This document shows positions 19,119 through 28,310 of a stretch of DNA of 64,000 nt, in pieces. The notes under the pieces were generated by a model, which saw only the letters and a program-made list of their open reading frames with translations, did no database searches and was not told the origin of the DNA. Source of the stretch: Dehalococcoidia bacterium (GTDB taxonomy: Bacteria; Chloroflexota; Dehalococcoidia; Dehalococcoidales; JAUYDJ01); the NCBI GenBank assembly GCA_020353235.1, contig CP070693.1, forward strand, positions 836,844 through 900,843, written 5' to 3'. The number at the start of each line of letters is the position of its first letter. The first letter of the stretch is position 1. The position numbers and the translations under genes were made by a program.

Positions 19119-20429
19119 GTGGCTGAGGTTCAACCATTTCGCGGCGTTCGTTATAACCAGCAACTGGTTAAAGATTTGGCCTCGGTTATCTGTCCCCCCT
19201 ACGACATAATACCCCCCCAGATGGAGCAGGAACTCTACCTCAGCAGTGACTATAACTTTGTCCGTTTGGAAGCGGCTCGGGAGTTACCCCAGGATATGGG
19301 TGAAGACAACAAATATACCCGTGCCGCGGCTACCCTGAAACAGTGGCTGGAACAGGGGGTGCTTCAGGTTGATGGAGTGCCCGCCATCTACCTTCACCAT
19401 CACCATTTTACCCACTCAGGAAAAGAGTACTGGCGCCGGGGCATGCTGCTCAGGGTCAGGCTGGAGGAATGGGACCGGATGGTGGTCCGCCCTCATGAGG
19501 GCACACTGAGCAAACCCAAGGCTGACCGCGTAAGTCTGCTGTGGGCGCTTCAAGCCAATACCAGCCCGATTTGGGCACTGTTTCAGGATGAGCAAAAACG
19601 GGTAGCTCAGGTGCTAACCGAAGAGGAGAAAAAAGAGCCGGTCATTAACTTTGCCGGTCATGGTGGGGAGAAGCACGTTGTCTGGGCGGTCAGTGACACT
19701 GCCGCCATTAACCAGATAGAACGCAGTCTGGCCCGGCAACCCATTTACATTGCCGATGGGCACCACCGTTATGAGAGTGCCCTTACCTACCGGCGGGAGA
19801 GGTTAACTCTGGCTGAGGCTTCATCTGAAGATGAAGCCTTTAATTTTGTCCTGATGATGCTGGTTGATTTCGCTGACCCCGGTCTGGTTATCCTGCCACC
19901 GCACCGCCTGATTCGGGGTATTTCCAGATTAACTCTGGATGAGATGGTCACCAGGTTGAGGTTATTCTTTGCCGTGGAAGAACTGCCCTTGAGTGCTGGT
20001 GTCTGGCAGCAGGTCGACCGACTGCTGGCTACCGAGGTAGACCAGCCCAAGGTGGTCCTTTTTGGGCTGTCCACCGAGAAACTTATGGTATTGAAGCTGC
20101 GTGACTTTGCCTCAGCCAGCCAGATGATGCCCTATTTCCATTCCGAGCTATACAAGCGGCTGGATGTGAGTGTGGTTGACCATATCATACTGGAGAAGGT
20201 GCTGGAACTCAGCAGCGAGCGGGAAGAGGTCACCCTCAGTTATAGCCATACTCGGCAGGATGCGGTGGATAAAGTTTTGAGTGGCGAATACCAGCTGGCG
20301 TTTCTGTTAAGCCCGGTCAGGGTGGAGACCATCAAAGCTATCGCTGATATTGGCGACCGGATGCCCCGCAAATCAACCTACTTTTACCCCAAAGCCCCGG
20401 CGGGACTGGTTTTCTATCGGCTGGGCTAG
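19119..20429 (+). CDS. DUF1015 family protein
   Basis: 436 aa with a GTG start. The N-terminus MAEVQPFRGVRYN...VICPPYDIIPP and the internal IADGHHRYESAL match my recollection of the DUF1015 (COG4198) family. Confidence 0.7.
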   Translation: MAEVQPFRGVRYNQQLVKDLASVICPPYDIIPPQMEQELYLSSDYNFVRLEAARELPQDMGEDNKYTRAAATLKQWLEQGVLQVDGVPAIYLHHHHFTHSGKEYWRRGMLLRVRLEEWDRMVVRPHEGTLSKPKADRVSLLWALQANTSPIWALFQDEQKRVAQVLTEEEKKEPVINFAGHGGEKHVVWAVSDTAAINQIERSLARQPIYIADGHHRYESALTYRRERLTLAEASSEDEAFNFVLMMLVDFADPGLVILPPHRLIRGISRLTLDEMVTRLRLFFAVEELPLSAGVWQQVDRLLATEVDQPKVVLFGLSTEKLMVLKLRDFASASQMMPYFHSELYKRLDVSVVDHIILEKVLELSSEREEVTLSYSHTRQDAVDKVLSGEYQLAFLLSPVRVETIKAIADIGDRMPRKSTYFYPKAPAGLVFYRLG

Positions 20430-20437
20430 GTTTTCAG

Positions 20438-22015
20438 TTAAAGCTTTACCACTTTGGCGCTATCGACATTGGGGATAGCCAGTATTTTCTTTTTCTGGGC
20501 CTCGGTCAGGGGTTCGTCCAGGGCTAATACCATCAGGGCTTTTCCCCGCGGCTTGAGGCGGCTGACATGCATGGCGCTGATATTAATATCGGCATCGCCG
20601 GTTACCTTGCCCACGGCACCAATAAGACCGGGACGGTCTAGATGGTCAGCGAACAGGAAGTAACCCCTGGTGGGCACAATGTCCATCCAGTAGTTATTGA
20701 CCTGGACGATGTGTGGCTCGTTGCGGATTACCGTCCCCGCCACGGTGGTAGTCCCGGCGCTGGTAGTAGCCTCTGCGGTCACTAGGCTGGCGTAGTTTTC
20801 GCAGGTTGCCTCACTCTTTTCCACCACTTTTAGACCGCGGCGGGAGGCTACCAAATCGGCGTTGACCAGGGTAACCCTTTCCTCACTTACATTCTCTAGT
20901 AAGCCGCCTAGCACGGCGGCCTTCAAAACATTGGTATCACACTCCGAGACCTCGCCATCATAGCTTATCTTGATGGCTTTCATCTGCCCCTCAGCCAGCT
21001 GGCTGACCAGTCTGCCTATCAGCGAGGCTACATTCATCAGGGGAGCCAGTACCGAGAGCATTTCGGGCGGGATAAAGGCGGCATTGACCGCGTAGCGGGG
21101 TAGCTTGCCCTGGGCAACATCAATAATCTGTTCGGCAATATCAGTGGATGCCAGCACCTGAGCCTCAGTGGTGGAAGCACCCAGATGGGGGGTGACAATG
21201 ATATTATCCACACCGAAGAGGGGGCTTTCGGTAGCCGGTTCCTTGGGGAAGACGTCTACGGCGGCACCGGCTATCTTTTTCTCTTTGACGGCGTTGGCCA
21301 GCACCTCTTCATCAATCAGTGCCCCCCGGGCGGTATTGATGATGCGCGCCGTCGGTTTGATAAGCGCCAGTTCTTTGGCACCGATGAGCCCCTTAGTTTG
21401 CGGTGTAAGGGGGAGGTGAAGCGAGATAAAATCGGACGCTTTGAGCAATTGCTCCATCGGGACCAGCTCTACCTGAAGCTTTTTGGCATACTCATCGGAG
21501 ACAAATGGGTCATGGCCGATGAGCTTCATTTCCAGGCCCCGGACGCGTCGGGCCACTTCTGAGCCGACATTGCCCAGCCCAATCAGCCCCAGCGTCTTAC
21601 CCCTTAGCTCGGTGCCCATAAATTCGCTTCGCCGCCATTCCCCGCCTTTGAGTGAGGTGTTGGCGCGGGGAATGTTGCGGGCGAGGGCAAACATCAGGGC
21701 AATGGCGTGTTCCGCCGCCGAGACGGTGTTGCCGGTGGGGGCATTGACGACAATGATACCCTGCTGGGTAGCCGCTTCCACATCAATATTATCAATACCG
21801 ACCCCGGCCCGGCCGATAATCTGCAGCTTCTGGCCGGCTTTGATGACCTCGGCGGTGACCTGTGTCTGACTGCGCACCGCCAGGGCATCATAATCGCCGA
21901 TTATTGGGATAAGTTCCTCAGGTTTGAGCCCGGTCTTAACATCCACCTCGGCATGCTCGCGCAGCCTTTTTACAGCTTCTTCCGAAAGGGGGTCACTAAC
22001 TAATACTTTCATCAT
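20438..22015 (-). CDS. serA: D-3-phosphoglycerate dehydrogenase (long form with ASB and ACT domains)
   Basis: 525 aa with NAD-binding GLIGLGNVGSEVA and the catalytic region of the 2-hydroxyacid dehydrogenases. The C-terminus is ACT-like. Confidence 0.9.
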   Translation of the reverse strand: MMKVLVSDPLSEEAVKRLREHAEVDVKTGLKPEELIPIIGDYDALAVRSQTQVTAEVIKAGQKLQIIGRAGVGIDNIDVEAATQQGIIVVNAPTGNTVSAAEHAIALMFALARNIPRANTSLKGGEWRRSEFMGTELRGKTLGLIGLGNVGSEVARRVRGLEMKLIGHDPFVSDEYAKKLQVELVPMEQLLKASDFISLHLPLTPQTKGLIGAKELALIKPTARIINTARGALIDEEVLANAVKEKKIAGAAVDVFPKEPATESPLFGVDNIIVTPHLGASTTEAQVLASTDIAEQIIDVAQGKLPRYAVNAAFIPPEMLSVLAPLMNVASLIGRLVSQLAEGQMKAIKISYDGEVSECDTNVLKAAVLGGLLENVSEERVTLVNADLVASRRGLKVVEKSEATCENYASLVTAEATTSAGTTTVAGTVIRNEPHIVQVNNYWMDIVPTRGYFLFADHLDRPGLIGAVGKVTGDADINISAMHVSRLKPRGKALMVLALDEPLTEAQKKKILAIPNVDSAKVVKL

Positions 22016-23106
22016 TAGCCTCCTGCAAAGCCGGCCTGGGGTAGGGCCACTTTTAGCGCTGATATTACTCCGGCGATATCCTTTTCGTTAACCCAGCCAA
22101 GGTGACCGATGCGGAATATCTTACCGCTCAGGTCCTGCTGGCCACCGGCCAGTACTACTTGGTGCTCCTCTCTTAGAATCTTAAGTAGGGCTTTGACATC
22201 CAGCCTGTCGGGGGCCACTACCGGGGTGACGGTCTCGGAGACATATCTCTCGTCGGCAAACAGGGACAGCCCCAGTGATTTGATGCCATCCCGAGCCGCT
22301 TTAGCCACCCGGATGTGGCGGGCGAAGACGTTGGCCAGACCCTCTTTCAGTATCATGTCCAGGGCTACGTTGAGGGCGAAGACAATAGAAACGGCCGGTG
22401 TCCACGGTGTCTGCCCCTTTTCCAGGTAGCTCTTGGCTTTGCTGAAATCAAAGTAGAAGCGGGGCATTTTAGCCTCAGCATGGGCCTTCCAGGCTTCTTC
22501 ACTGACGCTGACCATGGTCAAACCCGGCGGGACCATCCAGGCTTTCTGGGAGCCGGTGACGGTAACATCGCAGTGCCACTTGTCTACCGGCAGGTCAATG
22601 GCACCAAGGCCGCTGATGGCATCAACCAGCAGCAGCTTGTCAAACTCTTTGACCACCGGGCAGATTGCCGCCATGTCATTGGTAACCCCGGTGGAGGTCT
22701 CGTTCTGGGTGACCAGTACCGCCTTGATTTTGGGGTCAGCCTGGAGCGCCTTGCGGATGGCGTCAGCATCGGCGGCCTTACCCCACTCAAAGGTAAGGGG
22801 GGTGACATCGGCGCCATAGGTCTGGGCGATTTTGGTGAAGCGGTCACCGAAGACACCAATTGAGGTGGCTAAGACTTTATCCCCCGGCGATAGCGTATTA
22901 ACGATAGCCGCTTCCAAACCACCGGTTCCGGCGGCGGTAAGGGTAAGCACATCGTTCTTGGTCTGAAACACGGTTTTCAGTTTGGCGGTCACGTCATTCA
23001 TGAGTTCCTTAAATTCAGGACCACGGTGGTTTATCATCTGCATGGCCATTGCCTTGAGAACTTCATCAGGTACCGGAGTCGGTCCCGGAATACGTAGGTT
23101 TGTCAT
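22015..23106 (-). CDS. Class V aminotransferase (serine-pyruvate / phosphoserine aminotransferase type)
   Basis: 363 aa with IPGPTPVPDEVLKAM...NHRGPEFKEL and a PLP lysine region (TGSQKAWMVPPG). It overlaps the serA start by 1 nt. Confidence 0.8.
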   Translation of the reverse strand: MTNLRIPGPTPVPDEVLKAMAMQMINHRGPEFKELMNDVTAKLKTVFQTKNDVLTLTAAGTGGLEAAIVNTLSPGDKVLATSIGVFGDRFTKIAQTYGADVTPLTFEWGKAADADAIRKALQADPKIKAVLVTQNETSTGVTNDMAAICPVVKEFDKLLLVDAISGLGAIDLPVDKWHCDVTVTGSQKAWMVPPGLTMVSVSEEAWKAHAEAKMPRFYFDFSKAKSYLEKGQTPWTPAVSIVFALNVALDMILKEGLANVFARHIRVAKAARDGIKSLGLSLFADERYVSETVTPVVAPDRLDVKALLKILREEHQVVLAGGQQDLSGKIFRIGHLGWVNEKDIAGVISALKVALPQAGFAGG

Positions 23107-23183
23107 TTACTTTTCCCCCTTCATTTTTTGCTATGTAGTAATAATTAATTTGCAAAGTGGGATTAGAAAACAAGGCGGCGACG

Positions 23184-24362
23184 TTAAGTGAGTTTAAGAT
23201 AACGTCGCTTACCCACTTTTATTATACTACCTTTGGGGACAATTTCATAGGCATTGATTACCCTCTGACCATTAACGCTGACCGAACCCGCTTGAATTAA
23301 GCGGTGGGCTTCGCTGCCACTTTCGGTTGTGCCCGATTTTACCAGTAGCTGGGTGATGGGCATGTCCCCCGGCTGAACAAACTCGGGTATTTCTTCGGGC
23401 AGCTCCCTCTTCTGAAAAACCCTGGTGAAACTATTTTCGGCTTCAGTGGCTGCTTTCGGGTCATAGAGCTGGCCGACAATCTCATGTGCCAGCCGCTTCT
23501 TGGCTGTCATCGGGTTCAGATGCTCGCTTTTTACCCCCTGCTTCAGTTCTGCCAGCTCTTTGTCGGGAACATCGGTCACCAGTTCAAAGTAGTCCCAGAT
23601 GAGGCTATCGGGGAGGGACATCACCTTGCCGTATATTTCATCGGGTGGTTCAGCCACGCTGATGTAGTTGCCCAGGCTCTTGCTCATCTTCTGGCTGCCG
23701 TCGGTGCCGATGAGCAGGGGGGTCATAAAGCACTGCTGGGGGGTTTGCCCCAGCATGGTCTGGAGCTCTCGGCCGGTGAGCAGATTGAATTTCTGGTCAA
23801 TACCGCCGAACTCCACATCTGCTTTTATCTCTACCGAATCGTAGGCCTGGAGCAGCGGGTAGAGGAATTCAGTGAGCGCAATCGGTCGCCCGGCGTCATA
23901 GCGGCTGCTGAAGTCCTCACGGGCCATCAGTTGGGCGATGGTAAAGCGGCTGGTGAGCTTGATGACATCACTGAGGGTGAACTTGCCGAACCACTCGCTC
24001 TGCCACCTTACCTCTGTTTTTTGCCGGTCAACCACTTTGAAGAACTGCTTCATATAGGTTTCGGCATTAGCTTTGACTTCGGTGGCGGAAAGCATTGGGC
24101 GGGTAATGGAAACACCGCTCGGGTCACCAATTTGAGCCGTCCAGTCGCCAACAATGAGGACAACCTGGTGCCCCAGTTCCTGAAACTGGCGCAGTTTTCT
24201 CAAGGCGACCATATGCCCCAGGTGAATATCGGGGAAACTGGGGTCAAAGCCTTCTTTCAGGCGCAGTTTACGCTTTGAGCTCAGCAGCTTCATCATCTCG
24301 TCTGCGACGATGATTTCGGCTACCCCTCGCTTTAGCAGGTAACTAAATTGTTGATTGCTCAT
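23184..24362 (-). CDS. tyrS: Tyrosyl-tRNA synthetase
   Basis: 392 aa with class I motifs HLGH (DIHLGHMV) and KMSKS, plus a C-terminal S4-like domain. Confidence 0.95.
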   Translation of the reverse strand: MSNQQFSYLLKRGVAEIIVADEMMKLLSSKRKLRLKEGFDPSFPDIHLGHMVALRKLRQFQELGHQVVLIVGDWTAQIGDPSGVSITRPMLSATEVKANAETYMKQFFKVVDRQKTEVRWQSEWFGKFTLSDVIKLTSRFTIAQLMAREDFSSRYDAGRPIALTEFLYPLLQAYDSVEIKADVEFGGIDQKFNLLTGRELQTMLGQTPQQCFMTPLLIGTDGSQKMSKSLGNYISVAEPPDEIYGKVMSLPDSLIWDYFELVTDVPDKELAELKQGVKSEHLNPMTAKKRLAHEIVGQLYDPKAATEAENSFTRVFQKRELPEEIPEFVQPGDMPITQLLVKSGTTESGSEAHRLIQAGSVSVNGQRVINAYEIVPKGSIIKVGKRRYLKLT

Positions 24363-24369
24363 AATTACC

Positions 24370-25296
24370 TCAACAATCCAATATCGCCCGGCTCAGTTTT
24401 ATGTCCTCGGCGATCTGTTTTTTCAGCTGGTCGGGGCTGTCAAATTGCTTTTCCGGGCGGAGCCGCTTGATAACGTCAATTTTTAGCTCACACCCATATA
24501 GCTCACTACCGTAGTCCAGAATATGGACTTCAATAGTACGTTTGTTTCGGCCAAAAGTAGGGCGCTGGCCAATGTTGGTCACCGATTTATACGCTTGGCC
24601 GTTTATGTAGGCACGGGTGACGTAAACACCATCGGTGGGCAGGGCTTGCCGGGGGTCTATCTCTATATTGGCGGTGGGAAAACCAATCTCTCGCCCGGCG
24701 CCAGTGGCCACGCGTCCGTGCAGGCTGAAGGGGCGCCCGGTTAGATTGAGCACCCTCTCCATGTTTCCCTTAGCCAGGGCCTGGCGAATAGCGGTGCTGC
24801 TTACCACGGCGCCATCGAGCACAATATGGGGGACGACGATAACATCAAAGTTCATATCCCTGCCTAGTTTATGCAGGGCATTGCAGTCGGTTTCCTGGTT
24901 CCGGCCAAGGGTAAAGTCAGGCCCGACCAAGAGGGCGCGCATTCTGAGGTATTTCTGGAGCAGGCTGATGAACTCCCCGGCGCCCAGCTGGGCTAATTCG
25001 GTGGTGAAAGATAAAGTAACGATGGCGTCAATGCCTTCCGCTTTGAGGAGACCGGTCCGGGTGGGGAGGTCGGTCAGGAAAGCCAACCCGGTTGGGGATG
25101 GCAGCACCTCCAGGGGGTGCTGGCGGAAGGTGACCACTCCGCTGAGCAGGTTCTGCTGCCGGGCGTGTTCTTTTAGCTGGGAAAGCAGGTATTTATGACC
25201 GAGATGGACTCCGTCAAAGACGCCAATGGTCAGCATAGTATCTTTCTCGGCGGAGAATCCAGCTAGCTCTTCCTCTACCTTCATCATTTTTACCAA
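24370..25296 (-). CDS. ribF: Bifunctional riboflavin kinase / FMN adenylyltransferase
   Basis: 308 aa with IGVFDGVHLGHKYL in the N-terminal FAD synthetase part and GFPTANI...GVY in the riboflavin kinase part. The true start may be one of the nearby internal Met codons. Confidence 0.9.
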   Translation of the reverse strand: MVKMMKVEEELAGFSAEKDTMLTIGVFDGVHLGHKYLLSQLKEHARQQNLLSGVVTFRQHPLEVLPSPTGLAFLTDLPTRTGLLKAEGIDAIVTLSFTTELAQLGAGEFISLLQKYLRMRALLVGPDFTLGRNQETDCNALHKLGRDMNFDVIVVPHIVLDGAVVSSTAIRQALAKGNMERVLNLTGRPFSLHGRVATGAGREIGFPTANIEIDPRQALPTDGVYVTRAYINGQAYKSVTNIGQRPTFGRNKRTIEVHILDYGSELYGCELKIDVIKRLRPEKQFDSPDQLKKQIAEDIKLSRAILDC

Positions 25297-25416
25297 GCAA
25301 GCTATAGGTTTAAGGGTGTATCATATTGAGGAGGGGAGTTAGCCTATACTAGCATAAGCCCGTTTTTAGCGTCAAATGGTTTTATGCTATACTACTATAC
25401 TAAGCCAGCAGCCGTT

Positions 25417-25488
25417 GCCAGCGTAGCTCAGGGGTGGAGCAGCGGTTTCGTAAACCGCCGGTCGTCGGTTCGAATCCGACCGCTGGCT
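25417..25488 (+). tRNA. tRNA-Thr (anticodon CGT)
   Basis: The hand-folded cloverleaf has acceptor GCCAGCG/CGCTGGC, D stem GCTC/GAGC, anticodon stem GCGGT/ACCGC with loop TTCGTAA, T stem GTCGG/CCGAC with TTCGAAT, and discriminator T. CCA is not encoded. Confidence 0.9.
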
Positions 25489-25508
25489 TTTTCTGTATGG
25501 TGGTGAGC

Positions 25509-26534
25509 ATGAAAGCCCAGGTTTTGACCCGGATTGCTCCGGTTGAAAGTAGGCCACTCAAGCTGATGGAGCTGCCCCTCCCCCAGCCGGAGCAGGGGAA
25601 GGTTCTGGTAAAGGTCTCCGCCTGCGGGGTCTGCCACACCGAGCTGGATGAAATCGAGGGCAGGCTGCCTCCCAAACTGCCCATAGTTCTGGGTCATGAG
25701 GTGGTGGGCGTGGTGGCTGGCCTGGGGGCGGGGGTTACCCAGCTTAAGGTGGGTGACCGGGTCGGTATTGCCTGGATACACTCTGCCTGCGGCAGGTGCC
25801 ATTTCTGTAAAAAAGGCCAGGAGAACCTGTGCCCCGATTTTGTGGGCACTGGCTGTCAGGCTAACGGCGGCTATGCCGAGTACACCATCGTGCCGGCTGA
25901 TTTTGCCTACCCAATTCCGGAACACTTCACTGATTCCCAGGCAGCGCCCCTGCTCTGTGCTGGCGCCATTGGCTACCGTGCCTTGAGGCTGAGCAACCTT
26001 AAAGATAATCAGGTTCTGGGGCTGTTCGGTTTTGGCGCTTCGGCTCACATTGTTATCCAGCTGGCCAAGCATAAATATCCCCATTGCCGGGTATTTGTCT
26101 TTACCCGCGCCGGGCAGAAAGAGCACCAGGAGCTGGCTTTGAAGCTGGGTGCCGATTGGGTGGGGGCCACCGGAGAGACCCCGCCCGACAGGCTCAGTTG
26201 TGCCATTGATACCACCCCCGTCTGGCGGCCGATTGTGGAGGCATTAAAAGTTATCGATAAAGGGGGCAGGGTGGTCATCAACGCCATTCGCAAAGAGGAA
26301 ATTGACAAGCCGTCTCTCCTGGAGCTGGACTATTGCACTCATCTCTGGCAGGAAAAAGAAATAAAGAGCGTGGCCAACATTACCCGCCGGGACGCGCAGG
26401 AGTTCCTGCCCCTGGCGGCGGAGATTCCGATTGTCCCTGAAATTCAGGAGTTCAACCTGGCTGAGGCGAATGAAGTCCTGCTCCGGCTCAAGCGGGGTAA
26501 AATCCAGGGAGCCGCCGTTCTCAAGATAAGCTAG
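25509..26534 (+). CDS. Zinc-dependent alcohol dehydrogenase family protein
   Basis: The start is trimmed to MKAQVLTR because the track ORF runs through the tRNA. Motifs are GVCHTELD, GHEVVGVV, the structural zinc CGRCHFCKKGQENLC and GLFGFGASAH. Confidence 0.85.
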   Translation: MKAQVLTRIAPVESRPLKLMELPLPQPEQGKVLVKVSACGVCHTELDEIEGRLPPKLPIVLGHEVVGVVAGLGAGVTQLKVGDRVGIAWIHSACGRCHFCKKGQENLCPDFVGTGCQANGGYAEYTIVPADFAYPIPEHFTDSQAAPLLCAGAIGYRALRLSNLKDNQVLGLFGFGASAHIVIQLAKHKYPHCRVFVFTRAGQKEHQELALKLGADWVGATGETPPDRLSCAIDTTPVWRPIVEALKVIDKGGRVVINAIRKEEIDKPSLLELDYCTHLWQEKEIKSVANITRRDAQEFLPLAAEIPIVPEIQEFNLAEANEVLLRLKRGKIQGAAVLKIS

Positions 26535-26543
26535 ATTGAAGGA

Positions 26544-26700
26544 CTAGGCTCCGTTAGCCTTCTGAAATAGATAGCCGACCCCCGGTTCGGTGATAACATA
26601 TTTGGGCAGTGGCAACGGCTCTCAATCTGGTGGCTCCATCCTGGCTGGTTTGGGGGTAGCCGGTGTCGCTTATCTCTTCATCTGATATAATCCGGCTCAT
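26544..26700 (-). pseudogene. Remnant of an OmpR/KdpE-type response-regulator gene (C-terminal winged-helix end only, frame-disrupted)
   Basis: One minus-strand frame reads (stop)EPLPLPKYVITEPGVGYLFQKANGA(stop), which matches the characteristic ...P.YI.T..GVGY.F C-terminus. An adjacent frame reads ...ATRLRAVATAQ. No receiver domain is present. Confidence 0.45.
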
Positions 26701-26852
26701 TTCTCTCCTTTCTCGTTTTCTGCTGAAGTCACAATTTCATTCTAGGCAAGCCGGATTAATTGCCCATAAAAATGGTGTTATAACGGCATTAAAATATGAC
26801 AGTTGTCCGCTTAATTGACGGGGAGGGGGTGAATTAGCTGAGGGGCGATAGC

Positions 26853-27413
26853 CTAGCTCAGCTCTTTTAGCGCTAGGCAGTAGCCTTCATAGGCTCGGGG
26901 ATAGAAGAGCACGAAGACCACCTCTTTCAGTGAGGTGGTCTCTTCCTTGAGAAACGAAGCCACTGTGGTAACGGCAAGCCGGGCGGCTTCATCCAGTGGG
27001 TAGCCGAAGGCACCGGTGCTTATTGACGGGAAGGAAATGCTGGTCAGTTGGTGCTCGGTGGCTACCTTGAGGCTCTCCCAATAGGCACTGGCCAGGAGCG
27101 CTGCTTCTCCCTTATCACCACCGTGCCAGACCGGGCCTACGGTGTGGATGACGTATTTTGCCTTCAGATTGCCGCCGCCGGTTATCACTGCCTGGCCGGT
27201 GGGCAGGCGGCCCTGCTGGGCCACGATTTGTCGGCACTCTTCTCGGATAGCCGGTCCGCCGGCGTGGTGGATGGCACCGTCCACCCCGCCACCACCTATC
27301 AAGCCGGGGTTGGCGGCGTTAACGATGGCCCCGGTAGCCTGCCGGGTAATGTCGCCCAGTATTATAGACAGCCTGGTCGGCCCGATGAGTATCTCGGTTG
27401 GTTTTTTAGCCAT
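26853..27413 (-). CDS. Macro domain protein (ADP-ribose / O-acetyl-ADP-ribose binding or hydrolase)
   Basis: 186 aa with GDITRQATGAIVNAANPGLIGGGGVDGAIHHAGG and SISFPSISTGAFGYP. Confidence 0.85.
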   Translation of the reverse strand: MAKKPTEILIGPTRLSIILGDITRQATGAIVNAANPGLIGGGGVDGAIHHAGGPAIREECRQIVAQQGRLPTGQAVITGGGNLKAKYVIHTVGPVWHGGDKGEAALLASAYWESLKVATEHQLTSISFPSISTGAFGYPLDEAARLAVTTVASFLKEETTSLKEVVFVLFYPRAYEGYCLALKELS

Positions 27414-27507
27414 CAGTCAGTCCTTTTCCGGTTGTCCCGTAATATATTCTAGCACCAGGGGGCGCTGAATTGAATTCCCGGCGCATTTCTTCTATAATTT
27501 TTCACTA

Positions 27508-28305
27508 ATGAGCAAGTTTATCGACCGGCTCAATCAGGTATCGCGGGTGGCGCCCCAAACGATGGGGTTCAGGGCGGGAGCATCACTGTTCGCCAAACCC
27601 AAAATGCTGCTGGTAGCCAGCCTGGTGGGGGCTGATGTTGCCCAACTGGCTAAACGGGTGGCTGGGGCTGATGCCGGGCTGATTGCCATTGCCAAGGCAA
27701 GTCTAGCCGCTAAAACCTTCACCAAAATTACTCAGGCGGCGCCCAAGATAATATGGGGTGGCTGGCTGAAGGACATTGCCGTCAAAGATGTGGCGCCGGT
27801 GGCTAAAGCCGGTGCTGATTTCATTGTCTTTCCGGCAGCGACCACGCCGATAAGCATTGCCCAGAACAAGGGGCTGGGCAAGGTACTGGAGGTAGAGGCA
27901 TCACTGGGCGAGGGCTTGCTCCGGGCGGCGGGCGAGCTGCCGGTGGATGCGGTGCTTATCAATGGTAGCCAGAAGGACAGCCTTACCTGGCATAATCTGA
28001 TGCTCTTCCAGCGCTTTGCCGAATTACTAGCCAAACCCATGCTGGTCTCGGTACCGGCTGAAGTAACCGCCGGGGAGTTTCAGTCCCTGTGGGAGGTGGG
28101 GGTGGATGCGGTGGTCGTGGAAGTGGGGGCGGGGCAGGCTATGGACAGGGTAAAAAATCTGCGGGGGATAATTGACAAGCTGACTTTTCCGCCCCAGCGC
28201 AAGCGCAAGAAAACTGAGGCATTACTGCCCCGTGTCGTTCCCGCCGCCGAAGCCGCGGCTGAAGAGGAAGAAGAGGAAGACGAAGAGTCGGATAGACTCG
28301 ACTAG
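27508..28305 (+). CDS. Hypothetical protein, alternating beta/alpha pattern (possibly TIM-barrel-like) with a basic-then-polyacidic tail
   Basis: 265 aa. About eight short hydrophobic strand-like segments (LLVASL, GLIAI, IIWGG, FIVF, VLEV, AVLIN, MLVSV, AVVVEV) alternate with helical stretches. The tail is QRKRKKTE...AAEEEEEEDEESDRLD. Confidence 0.5.
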   Translation: MSKFIDRLNQVSRVAPQTMGFRAGASLFAKPKMLLVASLVGADVAQLAKRVAGADAGLIAIAKASLAAKTFTKITQAAPKIIWGGWLKDIAVKDVAPVAKAGADFIVFPAATTPISIAQNKGLGKVLEVEASLGEGLLRAAGELPVDAVLINGSQKDSLTWHNLMLFQRFAELLAKPMLVSVPAEVTAGEFQSLWEVGVDAVVVEVGAGQAMDRVKNLRGIIDKLTFPPQRKRKKTEALLPRVVPAAEAAAEEEEEEDEESDRLD

Positions 28306-28310
28306 TCCCG

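Noticed and set aside
23484-24278. 264-aa plus-strand ORF
   Set aside because: It is fully antisense to tyrS, which has the HLGH and KMSKS motifs.
25428-26126. 232-aa minus-strand ORF and the 5' extension of the adh ORF (25434-25508)
   Set aside because: Both run through the tRNA-Thr gene. The adh family motifs begin at MKAQVL (25509). The minus-strand ORF is antisense to adh.
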